Below, piece by piece: positions 1 through 11,549 of a DNA stretch of 64,000 nucleotides. The stretch lies in NCBI RefSeq assembly GCF_000372725.1, contig NW_005201192.1, positions 310,001-374,000 of the forward strand, in the 5' to 3' direction. Source of the stretch: Emiliania huxleyi CCMP1516 (lineage: Eukaryota). The notes under the pieces are model-generated. The model saw nothing but the letters and a program-made list of their open reading frames with translations. It was not told the origin of the DNA and made no database searches. The stretch's first letter is position 1. Every line of letters starts with the position of its first letter. Position numbers and translations under genes: made by a program.

Positions 1-556
1 AAGGAGGGGTGGGAGGCGGAGGGGAGGGAGACGAAGTCGGAGGTTGCTGCGCCGTGAGGAGGAGTGCAGGCAAGCACCGCGAGAGTCTCACAGGCGCCGC
101 ACGTCGCAGCGGCCGCTGCTTGGAGAGGCGAAGGAGGTCACGCGAGAGCCGAGAGGCAGTACGTGATTCTTTCCGTCTGTCCCATCGCGTGTCCCGGGGA
201 GAGCGCCGGGAAGTGTGGGTCGAGTGTGTGGAGAGACGCTAAGAGTCGGACTACCTACGTGTAGTCGCTACAGTTTATGCGAAACGCAATGCGCAGGAGG
301 GACCCCGAGCACGGCTTCTTTTCCTGAAAATCCTGTTTGTGGTTTCTCTTGACGATGTCTTGAGAACATTGAAGGTTTGTCACGATTTAGAGCGCGGGAG
401 CGACCGCGGGTCCGCGCCTGAGCGTAGTGTAGATCGTGTACACGCAGCGAGAGACCGTATACGGCTCAGTGTACAGTCTGTGACAGACGCGCGAACGCTC
501 ACTCTCAGGATCACGTGTTCTTGAGCTGTGCCCGATTCAGTAGGGATGTGGTCGTG

Positions 557-2116
557 CTAGCTGACGCCCGAGTCGCACGGGAGCCTCAAATACTGGCCAC
601 GGGTTCGCCACGCCCACGGCAAGAAGGAGTGGCGCGGGGAGGAGGCGAGCGCGACGAGGACGAGCAGCGCGGCCAGCGCCAGCGAGGCGGCGGGTCGGCG
701 ACTAAAGGGCGCCGCGAGCCGCGTCTCGGCCCAGCACACGTTGGCCTCGTCGGTGAAGAATGGCGAGTCGGGAGCGTCTGGGGAGGAAGTTGCGGTCGAG
801 TTGGGCACGCCCGGCAAGTCGACGAACATCCACAGCTCCGTGTGCTGCGGCGTGACGCGGAGGTGAGGGAGGAAGCGGGCGGCGGAGAAGGCCACCACCG
901 TCCACGCATCCCCCACACCGAAAGACCAGTCGCGGCAGGACAAGCCGCCGCGCCGGTCGTAGTCTCCGTCCGCAACTCCCTCGCTCCCGTGGCCGCGCAG
1001 CGACACCTGCGGCTCGCCAGCAGAGCGTCAGCGGGCAAGGTGCCGGCGCGACGCACGCGGCTCGCACCGAGTTTGGTTGCGACGCGTCGTCCTCGCAGAC
1101 CACGCGCGCCGCCGCCGCCAGCGCTGCGCGCGCGAAGCTCGCGTTGCGCACCGGCGCCACGTCGACGCCGTCAGCAGGCGTGATGCCGAGCGCGGCACAG
1201 TTGACCACCTCCGGCCCCGCGGCCAGGAGCAGCAGCCCTGCAAGCCGAGAGGAGGGGAGCGAGGCTGAGCCACCTCGCAAGCGCTGGTCGGCGCCGGGCA
1301 AGCACAGTGATTCGCTCCTCCGAAGCGACTGCGGTGCGTGTGCAGCCAGGCGTGCAGCAGCCTGCCCGACGAAGGCATCTTCCCGGACCACCACGTGACC
1401 GAATCCGTGCTCGGCGCCGCGTACCGCTCCCACACGTCGGTGGGCAGCTCGCGCGACCGCGGCCTGCGTAGCCAGAACTTGCTCACCGGCTTGCAGTCCG
1501 CGTCGGGCGCGAGCGTGAAGGCGGCCTCGAGGTAGTAGGAGAGCTCGCTCGCGCCGCTAGCGTCGACGCGGACGTCGTTCACCTCCGCGTTCAAGTCGAT
1601 CTGCTCCGCCGACGTGACGACATAACAGTGCCCCTCTGGCAGCCGCGTGGCGTAGCCTGCCGCGCTCCTCGCCCCGACGCCAAAGTCGTCGCCGCGCGAG
1701 TAGTCACCGTGCGTCTCGAACCAGTGGCTGGCGCGCTCGCGGCCCACCGGAGGCTGCATCGCGCCGCTTCGCTCGGGCTTGCGCACGTGAACGTGGTGGA
1801 CGTGCAGAGGCGGGAAGCCGATCCGCGTGCCGGCTTCAGTCACGGGTGCGCCGACGAAGCTGACTACCCGGTCGCCGTCGTTCAGCAGACCACGCAGGGA
1901 GTGCGTCATGAGGCTTCTCCACTGGCCTGGCACGGAGAAGAAGGGTCCGAGCCGCACGCTGCGCAGCAAATCTCCGCCGCTGACCGCTCGCGAGCAGCGC
2001 TGGACCTCCACTGCCGTCCAGCCGCCCTCGTCCTCGCACTCAGAGAGCGATTCCTCACCGGAGTGCTCGCAGGTCTTACCAACGATGTCCGTGTGCACCC
2101 AGTCGCCGCAGAACAT
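557..2116 (-). CDS. His-motif protein, copper type II monooxygenase-like, spliced (about 3 exons); N-terminus interrupted
   Basis: ORFs 1028..2116, 702..1433 and 557..1006 join across two introns (about 1317-1238 and about 1070-1007). Motifs PPLHVHHVH, FETHGD, WLHTHR and PQHTELWM; hydrophobic C-terminal segment. In-frame TAA at 2126-2128 cuts an upstream hydrophobic stretch. Confidence 0.55.
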
Positions 2117-2278
2117 TGGCGCGATTTAGATAAAAAGAAAACCACAGGCGCCAAGAAAAGCGCCGTTAAGAACCGAAGGTACCACAACCCATGGCTCTGT
2201 GCCCCGCTCGTCCCACCGTTTCCACCACGGCGCGCGCGCACGGGGTGATGTGTATAGAGTCTGCTCCAAGCGCGTGTG

Positions 2279-2320
2279 CGCTCGCTCGCTCGCTCGCTCG
2301 CTCGCTCGCTCGCTCGCTCG
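2279..2320. repeat. (GCTC)n microsatellite
   Basis: About 10 tandem GCTC units. Confidence 0.95.
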
Positions 2321-2617
2321 CACGCGCACGCGTGCGCGAGCGGCCCTCCACGTACGAGGTACGTGGGCGAGGCGGCGAGAATAGTCTCTTCACGCAAGAG
2401 TCGTCTTCATGCAGGCGACGACTCTCTTCATTCACAAGGCCCAAGAGCCAAGTCCTGGGCATGAATGAGACGAATAACACAAGCGAACCGGAAAGCGATT
2501 TTTTTCTGGCATTTTTTACTTTCTCTTTTCATTGTTAGTGCCAGTGCGCGCCAGTCCCGTGCCCAGTGTCGTGCGAGGGAGTTTGTTTGTAAAATTCTCT
2601 TTTCAGCCCTGAATGTT

Positions 2618-2760
2618 TTGAGGGAGGGTGTAGAGGATGTAGAGTGTAGAGCGCTGTTAGAGCTGTAGAGATGTAGAGCGCTCTGGAGCGCTGTAGAGCT
2701 GTAGAGCTCTACATCCGCCGCGTGACGATGCTGCGCCTGCGTTGTAGAGCGATGTAGGGA
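2618..2760. mobile_element. Truncated copy of the TGTAGAG-array MITE (family M)
   Basis: Starts TGAGGGAGGGTGTAGAGGATGTAGAG; matches 19389-19515; second TIR missing. Confidence 0.85.
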
Positions 2761-2771
2761 TCCCTTGCTGT

Positions 2772-3790
2772 CTACAAGCCGAGACCTTGCGCTGTTGCGC
2801 AACCGCTCACGCTCGCGCTCTCGCCGCGTACTCGATGCAGGGACGTCGTCTGGAGCGTTCGCGTGGCGACTGGCGGCCGCGCAGCCCTGCGTGCCAAAAG
2901 TGCGTGACTCCATTTCCTTCTAGAGGCGTCTGGATGCAGTCTTGGGTGGTTATTACAAAGAAACTCCGAAAAACAAGCTAGGGATCCAACCCGCCCATCG
3001 GCACCAAGCCGTTGGCAACCATCGCCAGGTAAAGCACCACCAGCTTCGGCTGGATGGCAATCGCCTTCCCTCCGCTCCCATCTATAGGCAAATTGTGCCG
3101 CCAGCCGCAGGGGAAGAAGCACTGCACAAACGTGGCAAATGTGGCCAGCCACGACACGAACTGCGGGTAGTTCGACCTCGCCTTCGACGAGATGGCCAGC
3201 ATGCCCTGCTTCAGCGCCACGTCATTCACCAGCACCGCGTGCGCATCCGTCACCGTGAGTGCGTCGGCGCCGTCCTTCTTGTACATCTCCATTGCCGACG
3301 CCGCCACCGTCTCCAGACCCGCCAGAACCTGCGCGGCAGTGCCCGCGCCGGTCTGGGTCTTCCGCTGCTCGCGCCGCTGCACCATCTTCCAATCTTTGCC
3401 ATCGCGTCGGGAATCGAAGATGCTCTTGACCATGGCGGAGGTGCCCTTCACCGGCGCTCCCGCGACCTCGTTCGCAGTGAGAGCCGCCTCGTCCAAGGCT
3501 CCCCGCTCCTTCGCGGCCTGCTGCGTCCGCACCACCTCCATCGCGTTCGCCGTCTGCGCCTTGAGCTTCGCCACCTTCGCCTTCCTCTCCCGCTCCGCCG
3601 CCGCCTCCCGGTCCTCGCGGCGGTCCGCCAGGGGGTCGTCGCCGCCGTCGTCAGCCACGATCATGGCCGTGACGGCCTCGCCCGCCATATCGTTCTCGGC
3701 CGGTCGATCGCGCGTCCCAAAAGTCGCCAAAAAAGGCCAAAAGCGGCGGCGAGTCGCGCCTCGCAGTAACTGATTTTGGCCCATGCGCAT
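2772..3790 (-). pseudogene. Decayed ORF resembling the N-terminal core-binding region of a tyrosine recombinase (Crypton/DIRS-like)
   Basis: Intronless 270-aa ORF with AISSKARSNY..FVSWLATFATF...IQPKLVVLYL pattern; stop at 2978 and MITE downstream; no catalytic RHRY residues visible. Confidence 0.35.
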
Positions 3791-4846
3791 GCTCTTCCTC
3801 GTGCTCGTCGCGCGCTCGGGAGCCGGAGTGGCGGGGTCGGAGCTGCTGCAACGGCGCGAGTGGCCGCGAGGGGTCGTGCTGGGGCTCGCCAGAGAACGAG
3901 GCCACGGCGCGGCGCTCGCGGCGGCGCGCGGGGCAGCTTTGAGCAGTGCAGCGCCTCAACATCAGCTTCAAGCAGTGCAGCGCAACGCCAGTGGCCTCTC
4001 TGGAGCTGTGCGGCGGCTGGCGGGCCTGTGCGACGGCGCCGATCCGTGGGCTCGGGACGCGCAGTCGGCTCGCGTGCCGGTTGCCGAGTCAGCCTGGCTG
4101 GCGAGAAGCGCCAAGGCCTCCCCTGCATTCTGGGCGCTGCCCAGAAGTGCGCAGTGCCTTTGCTGCGCCGACGGGCGGCCTCGATGCGGATTGCCGCGAG
4201 TGGCGTGGGAGCCTCCAGTGGCACGGTCGTTGGTCAACACCGCGGCGCGCGCGCGCCGCGGGTGCTGCACAACAAGCGGAGGACATGGGCGGGCGCTCTA
4301 TCGCTTTCCGGAGCTCAACTTTGACTATCGATTGCCGCCGGTTATTATAACCGGTGGGAGATCGTTCCGGCAGACGGGGGGATTCAACGCGGCGATAACT
4401 GCCCGAGACGTCCCTAACCTTTATTTATTTCTGCCCTGCTTCAGGAACCGGAGGCCGTCTTCCTCAACCAACCAAACCTCATTACCGACTGCCGGTCGTT
4501 GGGGACACGTGACTCCTGCAAAGGGCAGTGTCTCCACCCGGGAGTCGGACATTCCAAACCCCCCCCTGCCCCCTCTCTCTCCCCCCCCCATCCTAGCCCT
4601 CTTTCTTTCTCCTCCTCTTTCTTTCTCTCCTTCTCCCTCATTCCCCCCCCCTCCCCCCTCTCCATCTTTGCCGCCCCCGTGCCAACCCCCGCCGCCGCCT
4701 CGCCTGCCTCCACCTCTTCTGCCACCTCACCCTTCGCTCCCCCCGCCGCCGCCGTTACCTCCCCCACCCCCTCCCTCGCCGTTACCGCCGTTACCCCATC
4801 CGTGGCCGCCGACACCAACCCGGGAAGGGGAAGGGGCTGTGTGTCT

Positions 4847-4878
4847 GTGCATTGTGTGCATGTGTGTGTGTGTGTGTG

Positions 4879-4956
<78 letters not shown>

Positions 4957-4980
4957 CGTGCGTGCGTGCGTGTGCGTGTG
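4847..4980. repeat. (TG)n/(CG)n/(TGCG)n compound microsatellite, preceded by a C-rich low-complexity tract (4560-4810)
   Basis: Direct reading. Confidence 0.95.
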
Positions 4981-4984
4981 CAGG

Positions 4985-5275
4985 CGCTGTGTCGGGGTTA
5001 GTGGGGTGGCGGCACGACGCACGCGGATCTGCAGACCCCGTGGCCGGGGTGGACAGTTTGGGCGGGGGCTGGTGGGGCGGTTCGTTGGCGATTGCGGGTA
5101 ACCCTTGGCAAATCTTTTCTCAATTTGCGCAGGCCCCAAGTCCTAGCACCACACTCCCTCACTCTTCCCTGTGTGGGGTGGCGGGAGGCCAGGGCAGGCG
5201 GCGGCGCCGGGCGCGCGTGCCCTACGCGTGCCGTCCTCCCATCCCTCCCTTCCGTTACGGGTTTCTTTCTTTCTT
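4985..5275 (+). mobile_element. Diverged non-LTR retrotransposon 3' end with (TTTC)n tail
   Basis: Shares CTAGCACCACACTCC..CCCTGTGTGG and GTGCCGTCCTCCCATCCCTCCCTT with 11016-11110; peptide RRTRICRPRG resembles RTTRVGRPRG. Confidence 0.7.
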
Positions 5276-5543
5276 AGTACTTAGATCCAAGTGAGCCAAA
5301 AAAGGGCTCGAACGCCTTCCAAGGGCTCTGACCGGCCTAGCTTCTTTTTCGCACAACACTGTTGTGCGAGGGATTTTGTGAAATTCTTTTTGAGTATTGA
5401 GAGCGCCTTCGTTGCTCCTCGCGCTCGTCGTCGCCCGCAACTCCCCCGGTCCACGTCGATTGTCCGTTTGCGGTGCGCCACTGGCTGACAGTCTCCCATT
5501 TTTGCCATGGCGGCGTCGGCGCAGGCTGTAATGATTTCGCGGG

Positions 5544-6750
5544 TCACAGTGTCGATCTGGTCTCCGCCGGGTCTACATTGCCCTTGAGTTCAGCCACCCG
5601 TTCTGCCTCCCGTCGGATGGCCCGCACGCTGGGTTCCGGGACCATCCCTCCTATCACCGAGAGCGTCGTGAGCCAGGCCTCGTCAGACGGGAGATCCCGC
5701 CCCCGTCCTAGCCCGTCGATCGTTCGCCGCGCTGTCCGCACAGCCTCCCCGTAGGCCCCCTCGTCGCGTACCTGCGCCATGCGATCCAGTGCTGCCAGGA
5801 CCCGTCGCTGCTGCCCGGTTACCGAGGAGGGGTCCCTCCGTGACCCGGAGCTCCAGCCGGACCTCAGCGCCAGCCGCAGGTCCGTGCGATCGACCGTCGC
5901 GCAGGCCGCGAGCACTCCTCCTTGTCAGTGGCCGCGTCGCTACTGCAGTTCCCTTCTGATCGTAGAGCCCCCCACTGTACTCCGCCACTATGTCGCCCTG
6001 CCGCCGCTCGCCACGGCCTCTTGCACGAGCCCGTAGCTCTGCGCCGTGCACTCGATGAGCCGCTGCGCCCAAACGCGATCGCGCCCGCCCAGCCCCTGCA
6101 GCTGGCGCACGTGATCTTGTGCCTGCGCCCTCTGAGCCTGAAGCGCACCGTTGAGAGGTGCAGGCGCCGCCGCTGCGGCGCCTCTCGCCTCTTCCTCCTT
6201 CGCCTTCTTCATTCGGCCACCCCTGCCTCTCTCTCCGCGCTCGCGTTTCTCCCCCACCTCCGGCCCTTGTGCCGCCGCCGAGGAGGGCTCGCCGCCTGGC
6301 GCGGCGGGCGCGGCGGCGGCGGGCGCAGCTGCGAACGAGGGCATCTCGGGCCGGGGCACGAGCGGTGGCAACGAGGAGAGGTCGACCGAGTAGGAGATAG
6401 TCCCGTCCCCGGGAGCCGAGAGGGTGTTCCCGCCAAAGCCGAGGGTGTCTCCCTGGACGAGGACGCGAGGCGGAGCGTCGGGCGGAAGACGGATCGAGTT
6501 GACGAAGGTGACCGCCTTCGTGGCGCTGGCACAACCCAGGTAGACCACCCCCTCCTAGTAGCGGTCGTAGCGGACCACTGGGTTGCCTCCCAGGCAGCAG
6601 CATCAAGCGCGGGCTGCATGCCATCGTCGTCGACGATTGCCCCGCTTGGCGAGGGTGGGAGCGAAGGAGGAGGTGGCAATGAAGAGGTGGGAGCCACCAG
6701 ATCGCTGAGAATCTGCTCTGCGGCTGCATCCGTCTTGCCGGACATGTTGA
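5544..6750 (-). pseudogene. Fragmented ORF carrying the C-terminal half of an FHA domain
   Basis: TFVNSIRLPPDAPPRVLVQGDTLGFGG matches the FHA pattern TFVN..RL....L..GD.I.FG; several stops and frameshifts; no clear introns. Confidence 0.45.
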
Positions 6751-6927
6751 TGTCAGAGATGTTGGCGTCAGTAAGGCGCAGCACAGAGATGCCAGCACCG
6801 CGAGGTAGTCCTTCCCCTTTCCTGTCTCCCTCGGGAATTCTTTGTCCCGCCGTGCCCAGTGAGGCAGTGTAAACAGAGAAAGCGGATACAAAACAACGCA
6901 CTCTCTCCAACCAAGCGCTCCCACTGT

Positions 6928-6975
6928 AAAGAAAGAAAGAAAACAGACAAACCAAACGAGGGATGGGAGGAGGAC
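6928..6975 (-). mobile_element. Short non-LTR retrotransposon 3' end
   Basis: AAAGAAAGAAAGAAAACAGACAA...GAGGGATGGGAGGA. Confidence 0.75.
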
Positions 6976-7423
6976 AGGGTGTGGGTGTTTTCCTTCTTTC
7001 TTTCTTTCTGAGGACGCTGTGCGAGTGAGTAGGGGATAAAATTCTTTTTCGCACAGTGTACCTGTGTTAGTGCCAGTGCGCGCCAGTCCCGTGCCTAGAT
7101 CTATATAAATAAATAGAGCAGTCAACGACCGCACGGCCTACTCGCCCAAGTACTCGCTCTCTTTTATGTCCCACCATGCAGAGCGCATCTCTCTCTCTGT
7201 TGTGCGAGGCGTGAACCGCGCCATTCGCTCTCACCTGGCAACCCTGTCTGCACGTCTCGCGCGCGCGTGAACAGGGCTCCAGGCCCCAAATGACGTGTGA
7301 GTGTTAGATTTGTTTGGTATTGCTAAAAATCTCTCTCTCTCTCTCCAGGGAGAGATGGGCGACGCACTGCCTAGATCTAGTAAGTCTTCATTCTTATCGC
7401 GTTTCTTCGCACATGCGCAGTGT

Positions 7424-7452
7424 AAAAGAAAGAAAGAAAACGGACAACCCAG
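7424..7452 (-). mobile_element. Tail-only non-LTR retrotransposon 3' end
   Basis: AAAAGAAAGAAAGAAAACGGACAACCCA flanked by GCAGTGT/GCAGTTT. Confidence 0.65.
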
Positions 7453-7549
7453 GCAGTTTCGTCCGTTTCCCCTCCCCCCCGGCCGTTCTGAAAATTCTTT
7501 CTTCGCATCGGACCTTCCCCGACCTCTCTGCGCGAGCAACAGTGCACAT

Positions 7550-8109
7550 ATGCTGGCCGCTACCCTGCTTCTCTCCGCTCCCGCACTGACGCCGTCGGTC
7601 CCGGGCGCCGGCCGTCGGGCGGTGCTCGCCGGCGCGAGCTCCATTCTCGCGAGCAAACTAGCGACCTCGGCTGCCGTCGCCTACGACGAGATACCTGTGG
7701 TGCGCCGCCACTCTCTCGCGGCGCAGGACGCGCCTGGGCGAGGCGCCTGAGCTATCACGACCGTCGTAGGCCACGGCTGACTTTGCCGAGGCCGAGAAGA
7801 AGCGCAAGGCGCGCGAGGATCTGATCAAGAAGGAGACGGCGCTGTTGCAGCCATACGTCAAGGCGATCGAGAAGGCGCAGTCGGCGGAGGAGTTTGAGAA
7901 GGCGGCGGATTCGTTCGCGCTGTACATCATCGGGCAGGGCAAAATCACCGACGGCGTCAAGGTGAAGGAGCTCGCATCGCGCATCAGGGCTGCCTACGAG
8001 ACGCTGCCGCAGTTCGGATACAGGCGCGCGCCGTCTGCTCCCTCTGCTGCGACGCACAGACCACACCGCGACTGCACGCCGTGTCAAGCACGTTGCGCGC
8101 GCGCGCGCG

Positions 8110-8191
<82 letters not shown>

Positions 8192-8521
8192 AGACACCTC
8201 ACCGCCAACCACCGCACACCACCGCCGCTCCCCGCCGGGCAGCCTAGGGCTGAGGAGGAGCTCACGCCAGCGCGCGCGCGCGCGCCTTCGCAGGTGTCCG
8301 AAGGGCGAGGAGAAGCGCGACGGCATGCCGTGCCACTCGCCAGGAGGGAGGGTGCGCGCTGACCTCTCGAGACGTGTCCCTTGCCCTCGCGCGTAGGCGG
8401 GCTGTGCTACACGCCAGGGCCGGGTGCGGAGCTCGCCTTCCAGGGGCTGATGAAGCAGATGCGCAAGTACTCGATGATCCAGCTGGGCGACTTCCGCAAG
8501 GTTGAGTACGCCGCCTTCTGA
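7550..8521 (+). CDS. Plastid-targeted thylakoid-lumen protein (bipartite signal, twin-Arg motif), 4 exons
   Basis: MLAATLLLSAPAL...GRRAVLAG...AAVA|YDEIP; introns about 7700-7769 (GT), 8024-8293 (GC), 8323-8396 (GC); ends QLGDFRKVEYAAF*. Confidence 0.8.
8095..8190. repeat. (GC)n(AC)n(AG)n intronic compound microsatellite
   Basis: Direct reading. Confidence 0.95.
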
Positions 8522-10671
8522 GCTGTCTGTGGGAGCATGCTGTGCCGACCGGGGCGAGGCGAGGCAGAGAGCGGCGTGGCCACGGGGCGGAGGTAGAGGC
8601 CTGCCCCTAGGCCTGCCCCGTCGTCTCCCATCTGCCGCCGGCTTTAGCTTAGATCGCGCGGGAGTAGAGGAGGTTAAGGAGAGGTGCCGTCACGGCGGCC
8701 TCCCGTCTCCCAACCGCGGGGTCCGGGGATTGGATCCGGCCATTCCAAGGGTAGACAGTCCTAGTCACACTCACAATTGCTCGACTCTGCGATCGGGGTT
8801 CGCCAATTTCTTTTTTCTTTCTTTTTTTGGGCCCTGTGGGCACCCTAATCCCGATCTTACGCCCTCAATCTCTAAAAAAGACTAGAGGATATTACTCCAA
8901 CAACGCCCCCGTCCGCGCCTCCCACAATGATCGGATATATTCAATCGACAAGAGAGTAGAGACAAGAGAGCGCAAACAACAACGCCAAAGCACACACTGC
9001 GCTGCGGTGCGCGGGCAGGGGGGGTTATGGGGAGGCGCCAGCAGGGGGACTAGCGAAGGCTCCAGCCCTCTCCTCCCGCTGAGACATGGTGGCCGCAAAC
9101 AGCGCGCACGCGGCATGTCGGGGCCCGCCCGTGCAATAGAAGGAGGGGGGGGGGGGGGGGGGGGGGCCAGGTGGAGCCCAATTGGACCCCCCAGGGCCAA
9201 CCCCCCCCCTTCAAAGGGCCCCCCCCCCAAGCCGGGAACGGGGGGCGGAACGGGGGCGGGCGGCCCTTTGCAGATTCGGTCGGGGCGAGAGGGCGGAGAC
9301 GTGACTCGATGGCGGCGTGAGCGGTGGAGGAGGAGGTGGTGGTGGAGGTGCCGTCGACCACGTGCCCGAGGTGGTCGAGCCAAGCGCCTGGGAGGGAGGG
9401 AGGGGCCGGGGGGGAGGGGACGAACAGGGAGGGTGGGAGGGGAGCGGGGATCACGCCGGGTGGGGAATGAGGGGGGGGGGGGGGTTGTGAGGTGGCGGGG
9501 GGAGTCTCGCGGGTAGACTCGGGGAGCAGCGGCCGGCGGGATTCGCACCGAGGGCCACGCTCTCCAGCAGCGCCGACGAGAGCGGCAGCGGGTCGGTGGG
9601 TGAGGGCGCAGCAGCTGCCCCTCCCCTCTCCTCTCCCCTCGCCGAGGCGAGGGCGGCGGGCGTGGCTGTGGGGAAGGTTGCCGCGCCGGCCGGCGACGTC
9701 ACCGCGGGCGGGGGCGGGGGACTCGTCCCGCTTTTCTTCGTTTCAGGCGCAGTCGAGGCAGACCTGGGTGGGGGAGAGAGAAGAAGGGAGGAGGGGGGGT
9801 CAGGGCAAATCGCCGTTAGGGGGAGCGGGGCGAGGCGCGTGAGGTGCGACCGCTGGCGCTGCGGTGGCGGCGGACACGGCGGCGCGCTGCACGCGATCCA
9901 CACCCGCCCGCGTCCCGGGACCTCCTCGGGGGGATGCTCACCTCGCTAGGCCCTTTGCCGCGCTCGCAGGCGCCTGCGCTTGCGATGTGGGAGAGCTGGC
10001 ATACCGCCAGAGCGCGGCGAGCTCGGCGTCGTCGGCGTCGGCAGGGGCGGCGGAGGAGAGGACCGTGGCGGGCGCCGACGCTGCCGCCGGCGCCACAGCC
10101 TTCGGCGGTCGCGGCGCGACGGCCACAGCTGCACTCTGCGCTGCCGCCGCTTGTTGCACCGCCGCCGCGATTGATGCAGCCTCCGCCATCGAGGGCGCGG
10201 GCGGAGCGGGAGGGTTCGCCCGGACACGTCGCGGCGAGGGCTTAAGCGGCTGCACGGTCACTTGCGCCGGCGGGATGGCTGACTTGGAAGGTGGGGAGTT
10301 GGCATCGGAGTCGGAGGCGGCGCTCGTGCACCCGTCCTCCGAGGCGGAGGCGTCGGCGGCGGGCCAGCGCTGGCCGGCGGGCGGCACGCGGCTCTCGGAG
10401 GGCGGGCTCGCCTCAGGCATTGAATCTCTTTGCGGGCGGGCGGGGCCTGGCGGAGAGGCAAAAGGGATCGCGCTTGGCCAAATGTATTGTGACGCGTAGG
10501 AGGATCGTCAGAGGGCGCCCCAGAAGATGCTCTTCAATCAATCTGCTTTGACCTCCCACGTGGCCCTCCTGAGTCTCTGCGTCCTCCGAAGTTTGCAGAG
10601 ACGCATTTCCTGGAGGATTCCACCTAAAAAGAAAACCGACACTGGTTCGGCTCCCCCCCCCCCCCCTCGAG

Positions 10672-11110
10672 AGAGTGGACCTGAGCAACAACATGACCTG
10701 TAGGCAAATGATCGGAGTGGGAGTCAGAAATGTGGTCCTTGCGCGAGGGGAGCTCGATAGACTCGAGGGGCCAGGATACGCCGCGAGGAGGACGGAGTTG
10801 CGCCGACAGGCGAAAGAAGCCGCGAGAACAAGGGACCGGCAGGTGGCGGCGTCGCAGGACGAGGCAGAAGAGAACAACGCGTCAGAGGAGGAAGTGACAA
10901 GGGAGAGAACGACGAGGGTGGGACGACCGCGAGGTGGCATGAAGGTTGCAGCGAGAATCGGCGAGAGACTGCGAAGAGAGATAGGAAGAGGCAGACTCCC
11001 TAGGGTGGGCGACGGCTAGCACCACACTCCTCTCCTTAAAATCCCTGTGTGGTGGCGGCGTGCCGTCCTCCCATCCCTCCCTTGGGTTGTCTGTTTTCTT
11101 TCTTTCTTTT
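10672..11110 (+). mobile_element. Longest 5'-truncated non-LTR retrotransposon copy (ORF C-terminus, 3' UTR, (TTTC)n tail)
   Basis: Open frame 10675..11019, then UTR ending GGGTTGTCTGTTTTCTTTCTTTCTTTT; absent from the paralogous site at about 19815-19830. Confidence 0.8.
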
Positions 11111-11327
11111 TCCCCTTCACGAGTAACACCTGTCGATAAAAAACAAACTCGACGTGATCGACACGATCGTCGACACTGACTGCGTCACGAACACCTCGCA
11201 GCTCCGCCTCAACCTCGTCCAACGGAATGCCTGTGCAAAGACCAAGTACATTGCCGGCATCACGCCGCCCAATGTCGCGTGCGAGCTCTCGAGTTTGCGC
11301 ACAACCGCATCCGCAAGTCCCTTTGAG

Positions 11328-11549
11328 CTGAGGGAGGGTGTAGACCTCTTTGAGTCCCTGCCTTCCCTTTGGCTATAGAGCCTCTACAACAAACTCTACA
11401 GCAAAATCGCGCTCTACATCGCTCTACAACGCAGGCAGTTCGTCACGCGGCGGATGTAGAGCTCTACAGCTCTACAGCGCTCCGGAGCGCTCTACATCTC
11501 TACAGCTCTACAGCGCTCTACACTCTACATCCTCTACACCCTCCCTCAG
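11328..11549. mobile_element. Complete MITE (family M), 17-bp TIR, 8-bp TSD
   Basis: TIR CTGAGGGAGGGTGTAGA / TCTACACCCTCCCTCAG; TSD CCTTTGAG at 11320-11327 and 11550-11557; internal CTCTACA arrays. Confidence 0.95.

Noticed and set aside
3783..5294. Long ORFs over low-complexity DNA (also 5683..7134, 16143-17289, 50482..51829)
   Set aside because: Stop-poor GC-rich or microsatellite frames without protein-like motifs
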